Below are positions 1-9,016 of a stretch of DNA of 39,705 nucleotides, in pieces. The translations under genes and the position numbers were made by a program. Source of the DNA: a virus; IMG/VR virus record IMGVR_UViG_3300036546_000318. One strand, written 5' to 3'. The notes beneath the pieces are model-generated. The model had not been told where the DNA came from. It did no database searches and saw only the letters and a program-made list of their open reading frames with translations. Within the stretch, counting starts at the first letter, position 1. Each line of letters begins with the position of its first letter.

Positions 1-127
1 GTGCGCGGCGCGATCGACATCGGCGAAGACGTCTTCGCCGCTCCGAGCGGCACTGTCCAGGCCCTGCCCACCGCCGCCGGCGACTACATCAAAGTCGGCG
101 TGGCCCTCGAGGCCGCTGCCGAAGACG
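1..127. repeat. Terminal overlap, copy 1 (identical to 39579-39705)
   Basis: Base-by-base comparison of the first 127 nt with the last 127 nt shows no mismatch. Confidence 0.95.
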
Positions 128-186
128 GCGATGTGATTGAAGTTGTCCCCGCAGAAGGTGGCAAAGTCGTCACCGTTTCCGCCTAG
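1..186 (+). CDS. 3' end of the head decoration/cement protein gene (DUF2190-like); same gene as 39375-39705 across the circular junction
   Basis: Open from base 1 and in frame with the ORF starting at 39375 once the 127-bp overlap is collapsed (129 aa in total). It lies between the protease-scaffold and major capsid genes, as in lambda-like head modules. Confidence 0.6.
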   Translation: MRGAIDIGEDVFAAPSGTVQALPTAAGDYIKVGVALEAAAEDGDVIEVVPAEGGKVVTVSA

Positions 187-204
187 CTATAAAGGAGAAC
201 CCGC

Positions 205-1197
205 ATGATTCCCGAAAATGGAACTGAAAGACTTCGCCCGGATCTGGGTGTTCTGGTCCACGAGACCATGACCAACGCCCCCAGCATGGGCTTTATCGCT
301 TCCAAGGTCGCGCCGTATTACCCGGTCGGCTCCCAGTCGGCAGACTTCCCCGTGTTGCCTGCCAAGTACCTCTTCAACGTGGAGAAGGTCGAACGCGCTC
401 ACGGCGCTGCCTACCAGCGCAGTTCCGGCAAGTTTGAGGCCGGACACTACTCCTGCCGCGAACGTGGACACGAGCATCCTCTGGATGATCGATTCCGGGC
501 CATCTACAAGTCCCAGATCGACATGGAGAAGGGCGCCACCGACCTCTGCACCAACACTGTCCTTCGCGCCTTCGAGGTGGAAGTCGCCGCCAAGCTGACC
601 AACCCGAGCAACTTCCTTTCCGGAGCGGCCACGGCGAAGTGGACCGTCCCCGCCGATGCGGATCCGAAGCAGGATATCGACAACGCTCGCACCGAAGGCC
701 GCAAGAAAGGCGTCTTTTACAACAAGCTGATCATCACCTGGCAGACCTATCTGGATCTGACGCGCTGCAACAAGGTGAAAGACGCTGTCAACTACCTGTT
801 CCCCGACACTCGCAAGACCGGAACTATCGGCCTGCAGCACCTCGAAGCGTACCTGGACATCCAGATCGAGCTGGCCGGCGCCATGATGAATGGCGGCAAT
901 CGCGCCAAGAACCCCGAGCTGCAGGATATCTGGAGCGACGACGTTGCCGTCCTGGCTTGCGTTGCCGCCCAGGGCTCCGAGATCTACGAGCCGTCCATCG
1001 CTCGCACGTTCAAATGGAACGAAGGCGCGTCTGAAGACTTCGTCGTCGAGGACTACTACGACCCCGCTGTGCGCTCGACCATCATCCGTGTGCGCCACGA
1101 CATCGATGTGCGCCTGATCAAGAGCTACGACGACAATGGCAACGTGCTGTCCGACATCAGCAAAAACTGCGGATACGTTTTGACCACCATCCGATAG
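205..1197 (+). CDS. Major capsid protein, lambda gpE-like family
   Basis: 330 aa with RBS aaaggag 8 nt upstream. It sits after portal/protease/decoration, and its size and N-terminal region resemble phage major capsid protein E family members. Confidence 0.8.
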   Translation: MIPENGTERLRPDLGVLVHETMTNAPSMGFIASKVAPYYPVGSQSADFPVLPAKYLFNVEKVERAHGAAYQRSSGKFEAGHYSCRERGHEHPLDDRFRAIYKSQIDMEKGATDLCTNTVLRAFEVEVAAKLTNPSNFLSGAATAKWTVPADADPKQDIDNARTEGRKKGVFYNKLIITWQTYLDLTRCNKVKDAVNYLFPDTRKTGTIGLQHLEAYLDIQIELAGAMMNGGNRAKNPELQDIWSDDVAVLACVAAQGSEIYEPSIARTFKWNEGASEDFVVEDYYDPAVRSTIIRVRHDIDVRLIKSYDDNGNVLSDISKNCGYVLTTIR

Positions 1198-1210
1198 CCC
1201 CACTCCACCC

Positions 1211-1254
1211 GGGGGACGCGCCGTTTTTTCTTCCTTTTTTTCGGCGCGTCCCCC
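1211..1254 (+). terminator. Strong hairpin after the capsid gene (13-bp GC stem, T-rich 18-nt loop)
   Basis: gggggacgcgccg (1211-1223) pairs perfectly with cggcgcgtccccc (1242-1254). No U-run follows the stem, so it may be an mRNA stabiliser or partial terminator rather than a canonical terminator. Confidence 0.5.
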
Positions 1255-1286
1255 AAAGGGCGCAACCCGGCAGGAGATGTCGACCG

Positions 1287-1712
1287 ATGTTGAAAGAAGT
1301 TTTTTTAGACAACCTGACACTGAAATCCGTGTTCGCGGGCATCGGCGGCTGTTCAGCGTGGCTGCTTGGCGGAATCGACGTCGCGCTGCTGGCTTTGACC
1401 ATCCTTTACGTCACCGACTTCGCTCTCGGGTTTTATCGCGCCTGGGAAAACGGGACATACAACAGCTGCAAATTTCGCCGCGGCCTGTGCAAGTTTATAT
1501 TGTACGCCGTGGTTGTCATGTCTGCGCACATGCTCGATCTGGCATTGGCGGACCCGCTGCCATTCATATCCACCTATGTGCGCGACTTCATGGTCGCGTT
1601 CATCTGCATCAATGAGTTCCTCTCTGTCTGCCGCCATCTGGGCGAACTTGGAATGCGCGTCCCGCAGAAGCTGATCGTCAAGCTGGAGTCGTTTCAGGAG
1701 GGGAAGAAATGA
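1287..1712 (+). CDS. Holin (toxin secretion/phage lysis holin family-like)
   Basis: 141 aa with several hydrophobic helices and the C-terminal motif INEFLSVCRHLGELG typical of the Phage_holin_4-type family. It lies immediately upstream of a putative lysin. Confidence 0.7.
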   Translation: MLKEVFLDNLTLKSVFAGIGGCSAWLLGGIDVALLALTILYVTDFALGFYRAWENGTYNSCKFRRGLCKFILYAVVVMSAHMLDLALADPLPFISTYVRDFMVAFICINEFLSVCRHLGELGMRVPQKLIVKLESFQEGKK

Positions 1713-2167
1713 GGCAGACCGACCCTATTGACGTACTGATCATTCGCAAGAGTTCCACCGCACAAGGAACCGTGGGCTTGATCATCATCCCCGAGATGAT
1801 GTTCGCCACCCCTTGCATAGAGCTGCCCTGGCGAGACAACCAGACGAATATTTCGTGCATCCCCGAGGGGGAATACGAAGCCTTCAGGCGGTGGTCGAAC
1901 CACTGGAACAGCCACGTGTATCAGCTGAAGAATGTTCCCGGCCGCACCGCCGTGCAGATCCATGCCGGCAACGTCGCCGGTGACACCTCGCTCGGATACA
2001 AGACCCACAGCCACGGCTGTATCCTGCCGGGGTCTCGCGTTGGATCTCTGTACGGGCAGTCGGCCGTTTTGGCCAGCACTCCGGCCTTGTCTCGCTTCAT
2101 GGCCAGGACCATGCGCCGCCCCCTGAACCTCAGAATTTTTAGAGAAGGAGTTAATAGCAATGTCTAG
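1709..2167 (+). CDS. DUF5675-like protein, probable endolysin (peptidase-like HxGN...GCIxxG motif)
   Basis: Its start overlaps the holin stop (ATGA). Motifs present: GTVGLI, LPWRDNQTNISCIPEGEY, YQLKNVPGRTAVQIHAGN and SHGCILPG. Confidence 0.6.
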   Translation: MRQTDPIDVLIIRKSSTAQGTVGLIIIPEMMFATPCIELPWRDNQTNISCIPEGEYEAFRRWSNHWNSHVYQLKNVPGRTAVQIHAGNVAGDTSLGYKTHSHGCILPGSRVGSLYGQSAVLASTPALSRFMARTMRRPLNLRIFREGVNSNV

Positions 2168-2735
2168 CCTCGTGGACCTGATCGGAACCTCTCTCCTCGG
2201 AGTAGGGACGGGCGGCATCGGCACCCTGTTTCAGTCGATCTTTGGGGGAATATCCACCTGGATCGGCGAATGGCAGAAGCGCAAAACCGCTGCCTTGCTT
2301 CACCAGCAAGATCTGGAACGTGCCGACAAGGAAATCCAGATGATGCAGGTCGAGACGGACGGCAGGATTCAGGAGGCGCGGGAAGAACGGGCCTCCAGAG
2401 AGGTCGAGGTTGCAGCGGAGTCCTATCAGGCCAGCTTGCACCATGACCGCGCCACCTATTCCGCAGGGAAAACCACCTGGGCGGACTTCCTGCTGACCAT
2501 CACCGACTTTATCCGCGGCATCACCCGCCCGGTGATGACGGCCTTTCTTTGCTACGTGAGCTGGCGGACATACGTCCATTTCACCCAGTACATGACCGCA
2601 AACAGAATCCTGTTGGAGTCTGAACAAGCCGGGGAGATCACCACATACGTCGTGCACAACGTCATCTTCATGGCGTCCACTGCCGTCGGTTGGTGGTTCA
2701 GTTCCCGCAGCCCCAAGGGCCAGGTGAAGAAATGA
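2160..2735 (+). CDS. Membrane protein resembling the GTA-type 3TM holin family
   Basis: 191 aa with a Gly-rich N-terminus, a charged coiled segment and C-terminal hydrophobic helices. It is the third gene of the lysis cluster and has RBS aaggag. Confidence 0.45.
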   Translation: MSSLVDLIGTSLLGVGTGGIGTLFQSIFGGISTWIGEWQKRKTAALLHQQDLERADKEIQMMQVETDGRIQEAREERASREVEVAAESYQASLHHDRATYSAGKTTWADFLLTITDFIRGITRPVMTAFLCYVSWRTYVHFTQYMTANRILLESEQAGEITTYVVHNVIFMASTAVGWWFSSRSPKGQVKK

Positions 2736-3028
2736 GCATGATGGAAGCTATCCAGGACGATCTGGACATCTTCCTCGATGACTTTGGTTTGCCTGTTGTC
2801 ATCAATGGCACATCACTGATCGCCTTGGTCGACGACGAAGGTCAGGGGCCTGACGAGGCGCGGGAAAGCGTTAACGTCCAGGTCAAGAAGCTGGTGGTCA
2901 AGGAGGCGGAGCTGCAAAGACCGAAGTCGCATCGCCCTCTCATGCTGGACGACGAACAGTGGATTGTCTCCAGAACGGAAAGCCAAGGGGGCTTTCTCGA
3001 GATTCTTATCTACAGGGAGGTGTCCTGA
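2732..3028 (+). CDS. Head-tail joining protein (lambda gpFII-like)
   Basis: The preferred start at 2732 makes an ATGA overlap with the upstream stop. The 98-aa protein has an FII-like pattern (DDFG..V.ING....LVDD ... WIVSRTE..GGFLEILI). Confidence 0.5.
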   Translation: MSMMEAIQDDLDIFLDDFGLPVVINGTSLIALVDDEGQGPDEARESVNVQVKKLVVKEAELQRPKSHRPLMLDDEQWIVSRTESQGGFLEILIYREVS

Positions 3029-3645
3029 TGGCCCGTGACGACTTGATCAGAATAGACTCTTTTCATGCGGAGAAGGCCCTTGAGGGATTGCGGGATGTCT
3101 TGGCTCTGGTCCCCGGCGGGGCAAAGAAGGCTGTCTACAGGGCTTTGTCAAAAACCATCACCGGGATGCGCACCGACACGGTGAAGAAGGTCCGTGAAGA
3201 CTACAACGTCCCGGCCAAGCAGATCCGCGAACGCATCACCCTTATTAAGCCCCAGAAGGGAGCCGACTACCCCCGCGCCCTACTGAAGGCTGTGGGGAAG
3301 ATGTCCGTCCCACTGGTTCACTACGGAGCAAGACCACGAGTCCCCGTCACAGCCGGTGGACGGCGCCCGAAAAAAGGCGTTTCCGTCCAGGTCAAAAAAG
3401 CCTCCGGGCGCAAGGTTGTGGAGGGCTCGTTCATTCAAACCCCCCGCTCCGGTGGCGAGCCGCAGATATTTAAGCGCGTGGGCGAGGATAGAGAGCCCAT
3501 CCGCAGGCTGTACGGCCCCGGACATCTCCAGGCGCTGAAAGACGAAGGGAATCTTCTGGAGTTGCAGGAGCAGGCGTCTGAGCGCCTGACGAAGAACGTG
3601 CTGCACGAAGCCGACTACGTACTGCAGGAGGCTGGACTCAGATGA
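3028..3645 (+). CDS. Tail completion protein (lambda minor tail protein Z-like)
   Basis: Its ATG at 3028 overlaps the upstream TGA. At 205 aa, its size and position between the FII-like gene and the sheath fit a gpZ-type protein. Confidence 0.4.
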   Translation: MARDDLIRIDSFHAEKALEGLRDVLALVPGGAKKAVYRALSKTITGMRTDTVKKVREDYNVPAKQIRERITLIKPQKGADYPRALLKAVGKMSVPLVHYGARPRVPVTAGGRRPKKGVSVQVKKASGRKVVEGSFIQTPRSGGEPQIFKRVGEDREPIRRLYGPGHLQALKDEGNLLELQEQASERLTKNVLHEADYVLQEAGLR

Positions 3646-4106
3646 TCGCGCAGCTTGTAGCAGCTCTCGGACACTGCCTGGAAGACGGCCTGCGGGGCTT
3701 TCTTTTAGAGCACCCGGAAACGGGCGCCGGAGTAGTTCCCCCTGTCTACATCGGGGGGCTGCCGGACGACCTTGGTGCGGAAGAGGCGTTCCCGTGCGTG
3801 GTCGTGGCCTGGGAGTCCGTCGAAGACGATGAAGACGACAGCCTTATATCCGCCGAAGTGACGCTGTGCATGAGCTCAAACAGCGGCTCAAAGTCACTTG
3901 AGGAGTGGGCGGCAGGGTTTACGGACCGGGTGCGGTCCATCCTGCGAGACGTCCGCATTCTGGAAAACAAATTTGAACGGCAATGGCCGGTCCGGATTCG
4001 ACGCCCGGACCCCAGACGTGAACAGCATAGATACGCGGTCGTAGTCCTGACCACAACCTGGCGCAGGCCTGCTCCGCGGCAAACTGTGGAGGGATTTGAT
4101 TTATGA
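3642..4106 (+). CDS. Putative tail terminator/neck protein
   Basis: 154 aa, translationally coupled on both sides, acidic, and directly upstream of the sheath gene. Confidence 0.4.
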   Translation: MIAQLVAALGHCLEDGLRGFLLEHPETGAGVVPPVYIGGLPDDLGAEEAFPCVVVAWESVEDDEDDSLISAEVTLCMSSNSGSKSLEEWAAGFTDRVRSILRDVRILENKFERQWPVRIRRPDPRREQHRYAVVVLTTTWRRPAPRQTVEGFDL

Positions 4107-5344
4107 GCGCGTATAAACACGGCGTTTACGCCCTTGAGGTTCCCACCTCGATCCTGCCGCCGCGCCGAATTTCGGCATCGGTGCCTGTTGTTTTTGGCAC
4201 CGCACCAATCGAGGACCAAGACCCTGCCGACCGCAAGGTCAATGAACCGGTGCTCTGCTACAGCTATTCCGAGTTCGTAGCGGCATTCGGGGACAGCGAC
4301 GACTGGGAGAGCTATACCCTTTGCGAGTTCGCCAGGTCGCAGTTCGGCCTGTATGGCGTGGCTCCTGTGGTTTTCGTCAACGTGTATGACCCTGAAGTCC
4401 ACACGTCGGGGGATCCCGCCGTCCCGGATCCGGCCCAAGTTACTTCCGCAGACATCATCGGCGGAGTCGACGAAACTACCGGCAAGCTCACCGGGCTGGA
4501 GCTGATCAGCGAAGTTTTCACCCGCTTCCGCATCGTCCCCGGCCTGATCTGCGCCCCCGGGTGGTCCGAGGATCCGGCTGTGGCCATTGGCATGGCCGCC
4601 AAGGCCACGGGCATCAATGGCCTGTTCAAGGCCATGGCCATCGTGGACGTGCCCGACAGCACGGTTCCCAATTACACGGACGTTCCCGGGTGGAAAAACG
4701 ACAACAACCTCGCTGATCCGAACATGATAGTCTGCTGGCCGAAGGTAAAGCTGGGCGACGAAGTGTTCCACATGTCCACGCAGGTGGCCGGACTCATCGG
4801 TGATGTTGACGAGCAGGCCGGCGATGTGCCGTACCGCTCCCCGTCCAACAACCGGCTGTACGCAAACTCTGCGGTCGCCGCAGGCAAGGAAGTCTGGCTT
4901 GGCCTTGAGCAGGCGAACTACCTTAACGGCCAAGGCCTCATTACTGCCCTGAACTTCGTGGGCGGATGGAAAGCGTGGGGCAACCGCACCGGCTGCTACC
5001 CCAGCGTCACCGACCCCAAGGATGCGTTTATCCCCATCCGCAGGTTCTTCAGCTGGCACGCCAACACCTTCATCCTGACCTACTTCCAGAAGGTTGACTG
5101 GCCCATTACCCGCCGTCTGATCCAGACCATCATCGACAGCGAGAACATTCGCCTCAACGGTTTCCGCGCAATGGAGATCATTCTTGGCGGGCGCATCGTT
5201 TTCTCCGAGGACGAAAACCCGACCACGGACCTGATGGACGGCATCATCCGCTTCCACACGTATCTGACCCCGCCCTCTCCGGCACGCCAGATCGTCAACA
5301 CCCTGGAGTACGACCCCGCGTATCTCCAAAACCTGTTCTCGTAA
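4103..5344 (+). CDS. Contractile tail sheath protein (P2 FI-like)
   Basis: 413 aa with the N-terminus MSAYKHGVY...VPT typical of sheath proteins. It is followed by a tube gene. Confidence 0.85.
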   Translation: MSAYKHGVYALEVPTSILPPRRISASVPVVFGTAPIEDQDPADRKVNEPVLCYSYSEFVAAFGDSDDWESYTLCEFARSQFGLYGVAPVVFVNVYDPEVHTSGDPAVPDPAQVTSADIIGGVDETTGKLTGLELISEVFTRFRIVPGLICAPGWSEDPAVAIGMAAKATGINGLFKAMAIVDVPDSTVPNYTDVPGWKNDNNLADPNMIVCWPKVKLGDEVFHMSTQVAGLIGDVDEQAGDVPYRSPSNNRLYANSAVAAGKEVWLGLEQANYLNGQGLITALNFVGGWKAWGNRTGCYPSVTDPKDAFIPIRRFFSWHANTFILTYFQKVDWPITRRLIQTIIDSENIRLNGFRAMEIILGGRIVFSEDENPTTDLMDGIIRFHTYLTPPSPARQIVNTLEYDPAYLQNLFS

Positions 5345-5354
5345 GAGGTGACAC

Positions 5355-5888
5355 ATGGGCAACGTGAACAAGATTCCTGAAAAGACCATCGCGTTTAACG
5401 TCTACAAGGACGGCGCGGTACTGATGGGTGTAGCCACGGTCGACCTGCCTCAGCTGCAGTCCATGACCGAAACCCTCTCCGGCGCAGGCATCGCCGGCGA
5501 GATCGACAGCCCGACCCTCGGACACTTCCAGTCCATGACCGTCAAGCTGTCGTTCCGCACCAAGACGGCCAACTTCGTCAAACTCCAGGCCCCGGAGTCT
5601 CACCATCTCGATTTGCGAGCCGCTGTTCAGCATCACGACGGCGGCTCGGGCACGATCGGAGCAACCCCGGAGAGAATCATTCTGCGAGGCATGCCCAAGA
5701 GCGCGTCCTTCGGCAAGTTCGAAACCGCCAAGCCTCAGGACTCCGAGATTGAACTCGAGGTGACCTACCTGAAGCTGGTTCAGGACGGAAAGGAAGTGCT
5801 GGAGATGGACAAGCTGAACTTCATCTTCATGGTCGACGGAACCGATTATCTGACTGCCGTGCGCTCTGCGCTTGGCGTGGAGGGATAA
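5355..5888 (+). CDS. Major tail tube protein (P2 FII-like)
   Basis: 177 aa. The pattern IPEKTIAFNVY.DG...GVATVDLP is typical of P2-type tube proteins, and the gene follows the sheath. Confidence 0.8.
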   Translation: MGNVNKIPEKTIAFNVYKDGAVLMGVATVDLPQLQSMTETLSGAGIAGEIDSPTLGHFQSMTVKLSFRTKTANFVKLQAPESHHLDLRAAVQHHDGGSGTIGATPERIILRGMPKSASFGKFETAKPQDSEIELEVTYLKLVQDGKEVLEMDKLNFIFMVDGTDYLTAVRSALGVEG

Positions 5889-5892
5889 GGCT

Positions 5893-6192
5893 ATGGCGAA
5901 GCAGAACCTGACAAAAACGATACCCCTGAACGAGCCTCTGGAAATCGGAGGCAAGGACGTCACGGAGCTGACCATGCGCCGCTGCCTGGTTCGCGACCGC
6001 CTGGAAGCCCAGAAAGCGGCCGGCCCCGACGCAACCCCCGCCGAGGTCGAAGTGACCCTGTTTGGCCTGCTGTGTGACGTTCCCTCCGAGGAGCTCCTCG
6101 ACATGCCCGACGGCGACTACGACCTGCTTGTGGAGGCGTATCTTTTTTTGAAAAAGAGCCGCCGCCAGGCAAGCAAAAAGACGGAGGCATAA
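5893..6192 (+). CDS. Tail assembly chaperone (P2 gpE-like), zero-frame product
   Basis: ATG at 5893 after RBS agggataagg. It lies between the tube and tape-measure genes and contains the slippery TTTTTTG near its 3' end. Confidence 0.75.
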   Translation: MAKQNLTKTIPLNEPLEIGGKDVTELTMRRCLVRDRLEAQKAAGPDATPAEVEVTLFGLLCDVPSEELLDMPDGDYDLLVEAYLFLKKSRRQASKKTEA

Positions 6193-6335
6193 AGGATTTG
6201 AGACGGGCCATCCTCCTGCTGAGCAGGTTTTCCGGGTGGCCGCTGTCTGAGATCAAGGACATGGATCTGGCTGAACTGCTGGACTGGCTTGAGGAGGCTG
6301 TCCAGGTGGAAAAAGAGATAGGTCCTCAAGTGTAA
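5893..6335 (+). CDS. Tail assembly chaperone -1 frameshift product (P2 gpE+E'-like)
   Basis: After a -1 slip at T_TTT_TTG (6144-6150) the -1 frame stays open to TAA at 6333-6335. It encodes ...LRRAILLLSRFSGWPLSEIKDMDLAELLDWLEEA..., typical of E' extensions. Confidence 0.7.
6143..6150 (+). promoter_or_regulatory. Programmed -1 ribosomal frameshift slippery site (run of 7 T followed by G)
   Basis: Zero-frame codons are ctt ttt ttg. This is the same heptamer type as the conserved P2 E/E' site, and the downstream ORF is in the -1 frame. Confidence 0.7.
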
Positions 6336-6345
6336 CGGAGCGCAA

Positions 6346-8808
6346 ATGGCAGAGCGGAAACTCGGCATAACCATGGAACTCGGGGCCTCCCTGGGGTCGA
6401 CATTCAAGTCGACCTTCGGGGGGGCCGAGTCCCGGATCAAGGAACTCGGCTCGTCCATACGCGGCCTGAGAGAAGAGCCCACCAACAAGCTGATGCACAG
6501 CTTTTACAAATTGCGCGACAAGGTGCGCTCGTCAAGGGCGGAGCTTGGCCTCGCCGAAAGAAATCTAGCCAACTTAAAAGCACAGGCCGACGCTGCCGGC
6601 GGCGCCAGCGGGATGCTCGCACACCGCATACAGCGCGCCGAGGGGCGCGTTAAGAGCCTGCGCTCTTCTGTAAAAAACTCCACTCAGCAGTTTGTAGACC
6701 ATAAGCTGAAGATCGACGAGACAGGAAGAGGTCTTGGCGACCTGGCCTCCGACTATCGCCGACTGACGCAGGAGATGTCTCGGGCAAGAAAGACGCAGGA
6801 GGCCCTGAGTGAATTACAAGGGCGCCATCAGTCCGTCCTTGAGAAAAGGGACAACTTGCGCGGGCAGATGTTTGACATGGTTGCCCTCGGAGCAACCGCA
6901 GCCGCACCAGTTATGCATGCGATGAACATGGAGCAGGCGCAGGTCAGGCTAAAAACTGTACTGAACGCCGACGACAAGGATCGCGCCCTGGCCGAAGCGA
7001 AGACGGAAGCGCGAGGCCTCGCCAAGAGTGGTCTGGTGGGCCTCGGTGAAGCCTACGATATTCAGTACGCCCTCAACTCCGCAGGGTTGGATGCCGCAGC
7101 CGCTCGCAGCGCAAGCCAGGTGGTAGCCAGGGTAGCGAAGGTGACAAGTGGCGTCCCTGAGAAGGTGGGGGAGGTCGTGGCAACCACTTACAACAACCTG
7201 GGAAAAAGTTTGGAGGGCACGACGAGCGAAAGGCTTGGGAGGATTGGCGACCTCTTGACCAAAACCCAGCTTAAATTTCAGATCCGGGACTTTGGCCAAC
7301 TGGGCGAGTCGATGACAGAGGGGGCAGCCGGACTTGCATCGTATAATGTGGAGCTCGCTCAAGGTGTAACCCTACTTGGGCAGTTAAACACTGCCGGGAT
7401 GGGCGGCAGTAGGGCCGGGACAGCTTTGAACGCAGTGCTTAGATCTCTAGGGAAGGCCCAGAAGGAGTACGGCATAGATCTGGTACGCAACGAAAAGGGC
7501 CAGCTGGACATGATTGCGACCCTGGAGCAACTCCGAGACGCTACAGCCGACATGGATACTGACAGCAGAGCCCAATCTCTACAGAAAGTTTTTGGCGATG
7601 AAGGCGCGAAAGGCGTGGTGCCTCTGCTCAAGCAGTTGGATGAACTCAAGAGCGCGTACGGCGACGTCAAAGAGGGATCCAAAGGGATCGTTGACAGTGA
7701 GGTCAGGCTGTTCACAGAGAGCTCCGCCGGACAGATGGCAAAGCTTACGGGTACCATGTCTGTGCTTGGCTCCGTTGTTGGCGCAACGGTCCTTCCTGGC
7801 GTCAATGCGCTGTTCGGAGCGGTTGCCGGTATCCTCGGGCCAGTTGCCGAGTTCGCGGCCCAAAATGAAACACTGACCGCAGTCGTCACTGGGACGGCTG
7901 TTGGGCTTTTGGGCTTGAAGGTTGCGGCTATCGGGCTCGGTTACGGGTGGACCTTTGTCCAGGGCGGCGCACTCATGGTTCGCAAGGCTCTTCTATTAGT
8001 GGGGACTCAGGCCGGGTGGACTACCGTAAAAACCAAATTGCTCGGGGCAACCCAAAAGGCCTGGGCTATGGGGCAGACGTTTGTCGCCACCGCATCTTCA
8101 ATTGCCACTACAGCGATCCACGCCATCGGATCCACCTCGTCTTGGGCCGCCGTAAAAATGGCCGCACTGGGAGTTGCGCAAAAAGCGTGGGCTGTGGGAC
8201 AGGCAGTTGTAACGGGGGCCTGCGCCGCTATCGGGACAGCATTCAGGGTCATGGGTATGGCTGTCACGGCCAACCCAATTGGTCTGGTTGTTGGCCTCCT
8301 CGCCATCGGTGCTACTTTACTTATCTCAAACTGGGGCAAGGTAAAATCATTCTTTGTGGACGTGTGGACGTCAGTCGTGAAAGCGTTCAATTGGGCCTGG
8401 GAGAAGATCAAAGCCATCCCCCTCATAGGAACCCTCGTTGAAGGGGCTTCCGCGGTGGGGAGTCTGATTGGATCCGTCGCAAGCGCCGTTGGCGGCATAT
8501 TTGGCGATGACGAGGAGGCCCCCACTTCATCGCCGCCCACTGCGGCCGGTCCGAGCTACGCCACCCCAGCCCAACCCCAGAGCGCATCCGCAACCAGAGA
8601 GGGGCGCCTTTCCCAGATGGATCGCGCCGTCAAGTCCATCCCGCCGAGACAGAACATCACGTTCAATCAGACCGTAAACGTGAACGGCGGAGCATCTGCC
8701 GGAGACGTCAAGTCGGCGGTCTCCAAGGCGAACGAAGGACTGGAAGCAAGGGTCCGGAAGGTTGTTGCAGAGATGTTCCAGGAACGGGAGCGGACAGCCT
8801 ATGCCTAG
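6346..8808 (+). CDS. Tail tape measure protein
   Basis: 820 aa with a coiled N-terminal half and Gly/Ala-rich hydrophobic repeats in the C-terminal half. It directly follows the chaperone pair. Confidence 0.85.
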   Translation: MAERKLGITMELGASLGSTFKSTFGGAESRIKELGSSIRGLREEPTNKLMHSFYKLRDKVRSSRAELGLAERNLANLKAQADAAGGASGMLAHRIQRAEGRVKSLRSSVKNSTQQFVDHKLKIDETGRGLGDLASDYRRLTQEMSRARKTQEALSELQGRHQSVLEKRDNLRGQMFDMVALGATAAAPVMHAMNMEQAQVRLKTVLNADDKDRALAEAKTEARGLAKSGLVGLGEAYDIQYALNSAGLDAAAARSASQVVARVAKVTSGVPEKVGEVVATTYNNLGKSLEGTTSERLGRIGDLLTKTQLKFQIRDFGQLGESMTEGAAGLASYNVELAQGVTLLGQLNTAGMGGSRAGTALNAVLRSLGKAQKEYGIDLVRNEKGQLDMIATLEQLRDATADMDTDSRAQSLQKVFGDEGAKGVVPLLKQLDELKSAYGDVKEGSKGIVDSEVRLFTESSAGQMAKLTGTMSVLGSVVGATVLPGVNALFGAVAGILGPVAEFAAQNETLTAVVTGTAVGLLGLKVAAIGLGYGWTFVQGGALMVRKALLLVGTQAGWTTVKTKLLGATQKAWAMGQTFVATASSIATTAIHAIGSTSSWAAVKMAALGVAQKAWAVGQAVVTGACAAIGTAFRVMGMAVTANPIGLVVGLLAIGATLLISNWGKVKSFFVDVWTSVVKAFNWAWEKIKAIPLIGTLVEGASAVGSLIGSVASAVGGIFGDDEEAPTSSPPTAAGPSYATPAQPQSASATREGRLSQMDRAVKSIPPRQNITFNQTVNVNGGASAGDVKSAVSKANEGLEARVRKVVAEMFQERERTAYA

Positions 8809-9016
8809 CACGTACACAACGTCCCAGGGAGAGACTTGGGATTCGATAGCAAAGCGCGTTCTGGGCAGTGAGGTGCGCCTCCATCTGCTTCTGGACGCAA
8901 ACCCCGAACACAGGGGGGTACTGATTTTTTTCGCCGGCACCGTCCTGCGGATTCCCGACGTGCCGTCCATGGCCACGAAAACCGTAACACCTCCGTGGAA
9001 GCAATATGAAGTCTAG
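8801..9016 (+). CDS. Tail protein X-like (LysM-like small tail protein)
   Basis: ATG at 8801 overlaps the tape-measure stop. The N-terminus MPSTYTTSQGETWDSIAKRVLG matches the P2 gpX pattern. Confidence 0.7.
   Translation: MPSTYTTSQGETWDSIAKRVLGSEVRLHLLLDANPEHRGVLIFFAGTVLRIPDVPSMATKTVTPPWKQYEV

Noticed and set aside
187-1320. Long minus-strand ORFs antisense to the structural genes (187-1320, 3746-5389, 8805-9602, 9788-10861, 15144-16100, 36533-37234, 37244-38074 and 37914-39572)
   Set aside because: Each lies fully opposite a plus-strand gene with clear family motifs and translational coupling. Their products are Arg/Gly/Ala/Val-rich and low-complexity, typical of GC-driven shadow ORFs.
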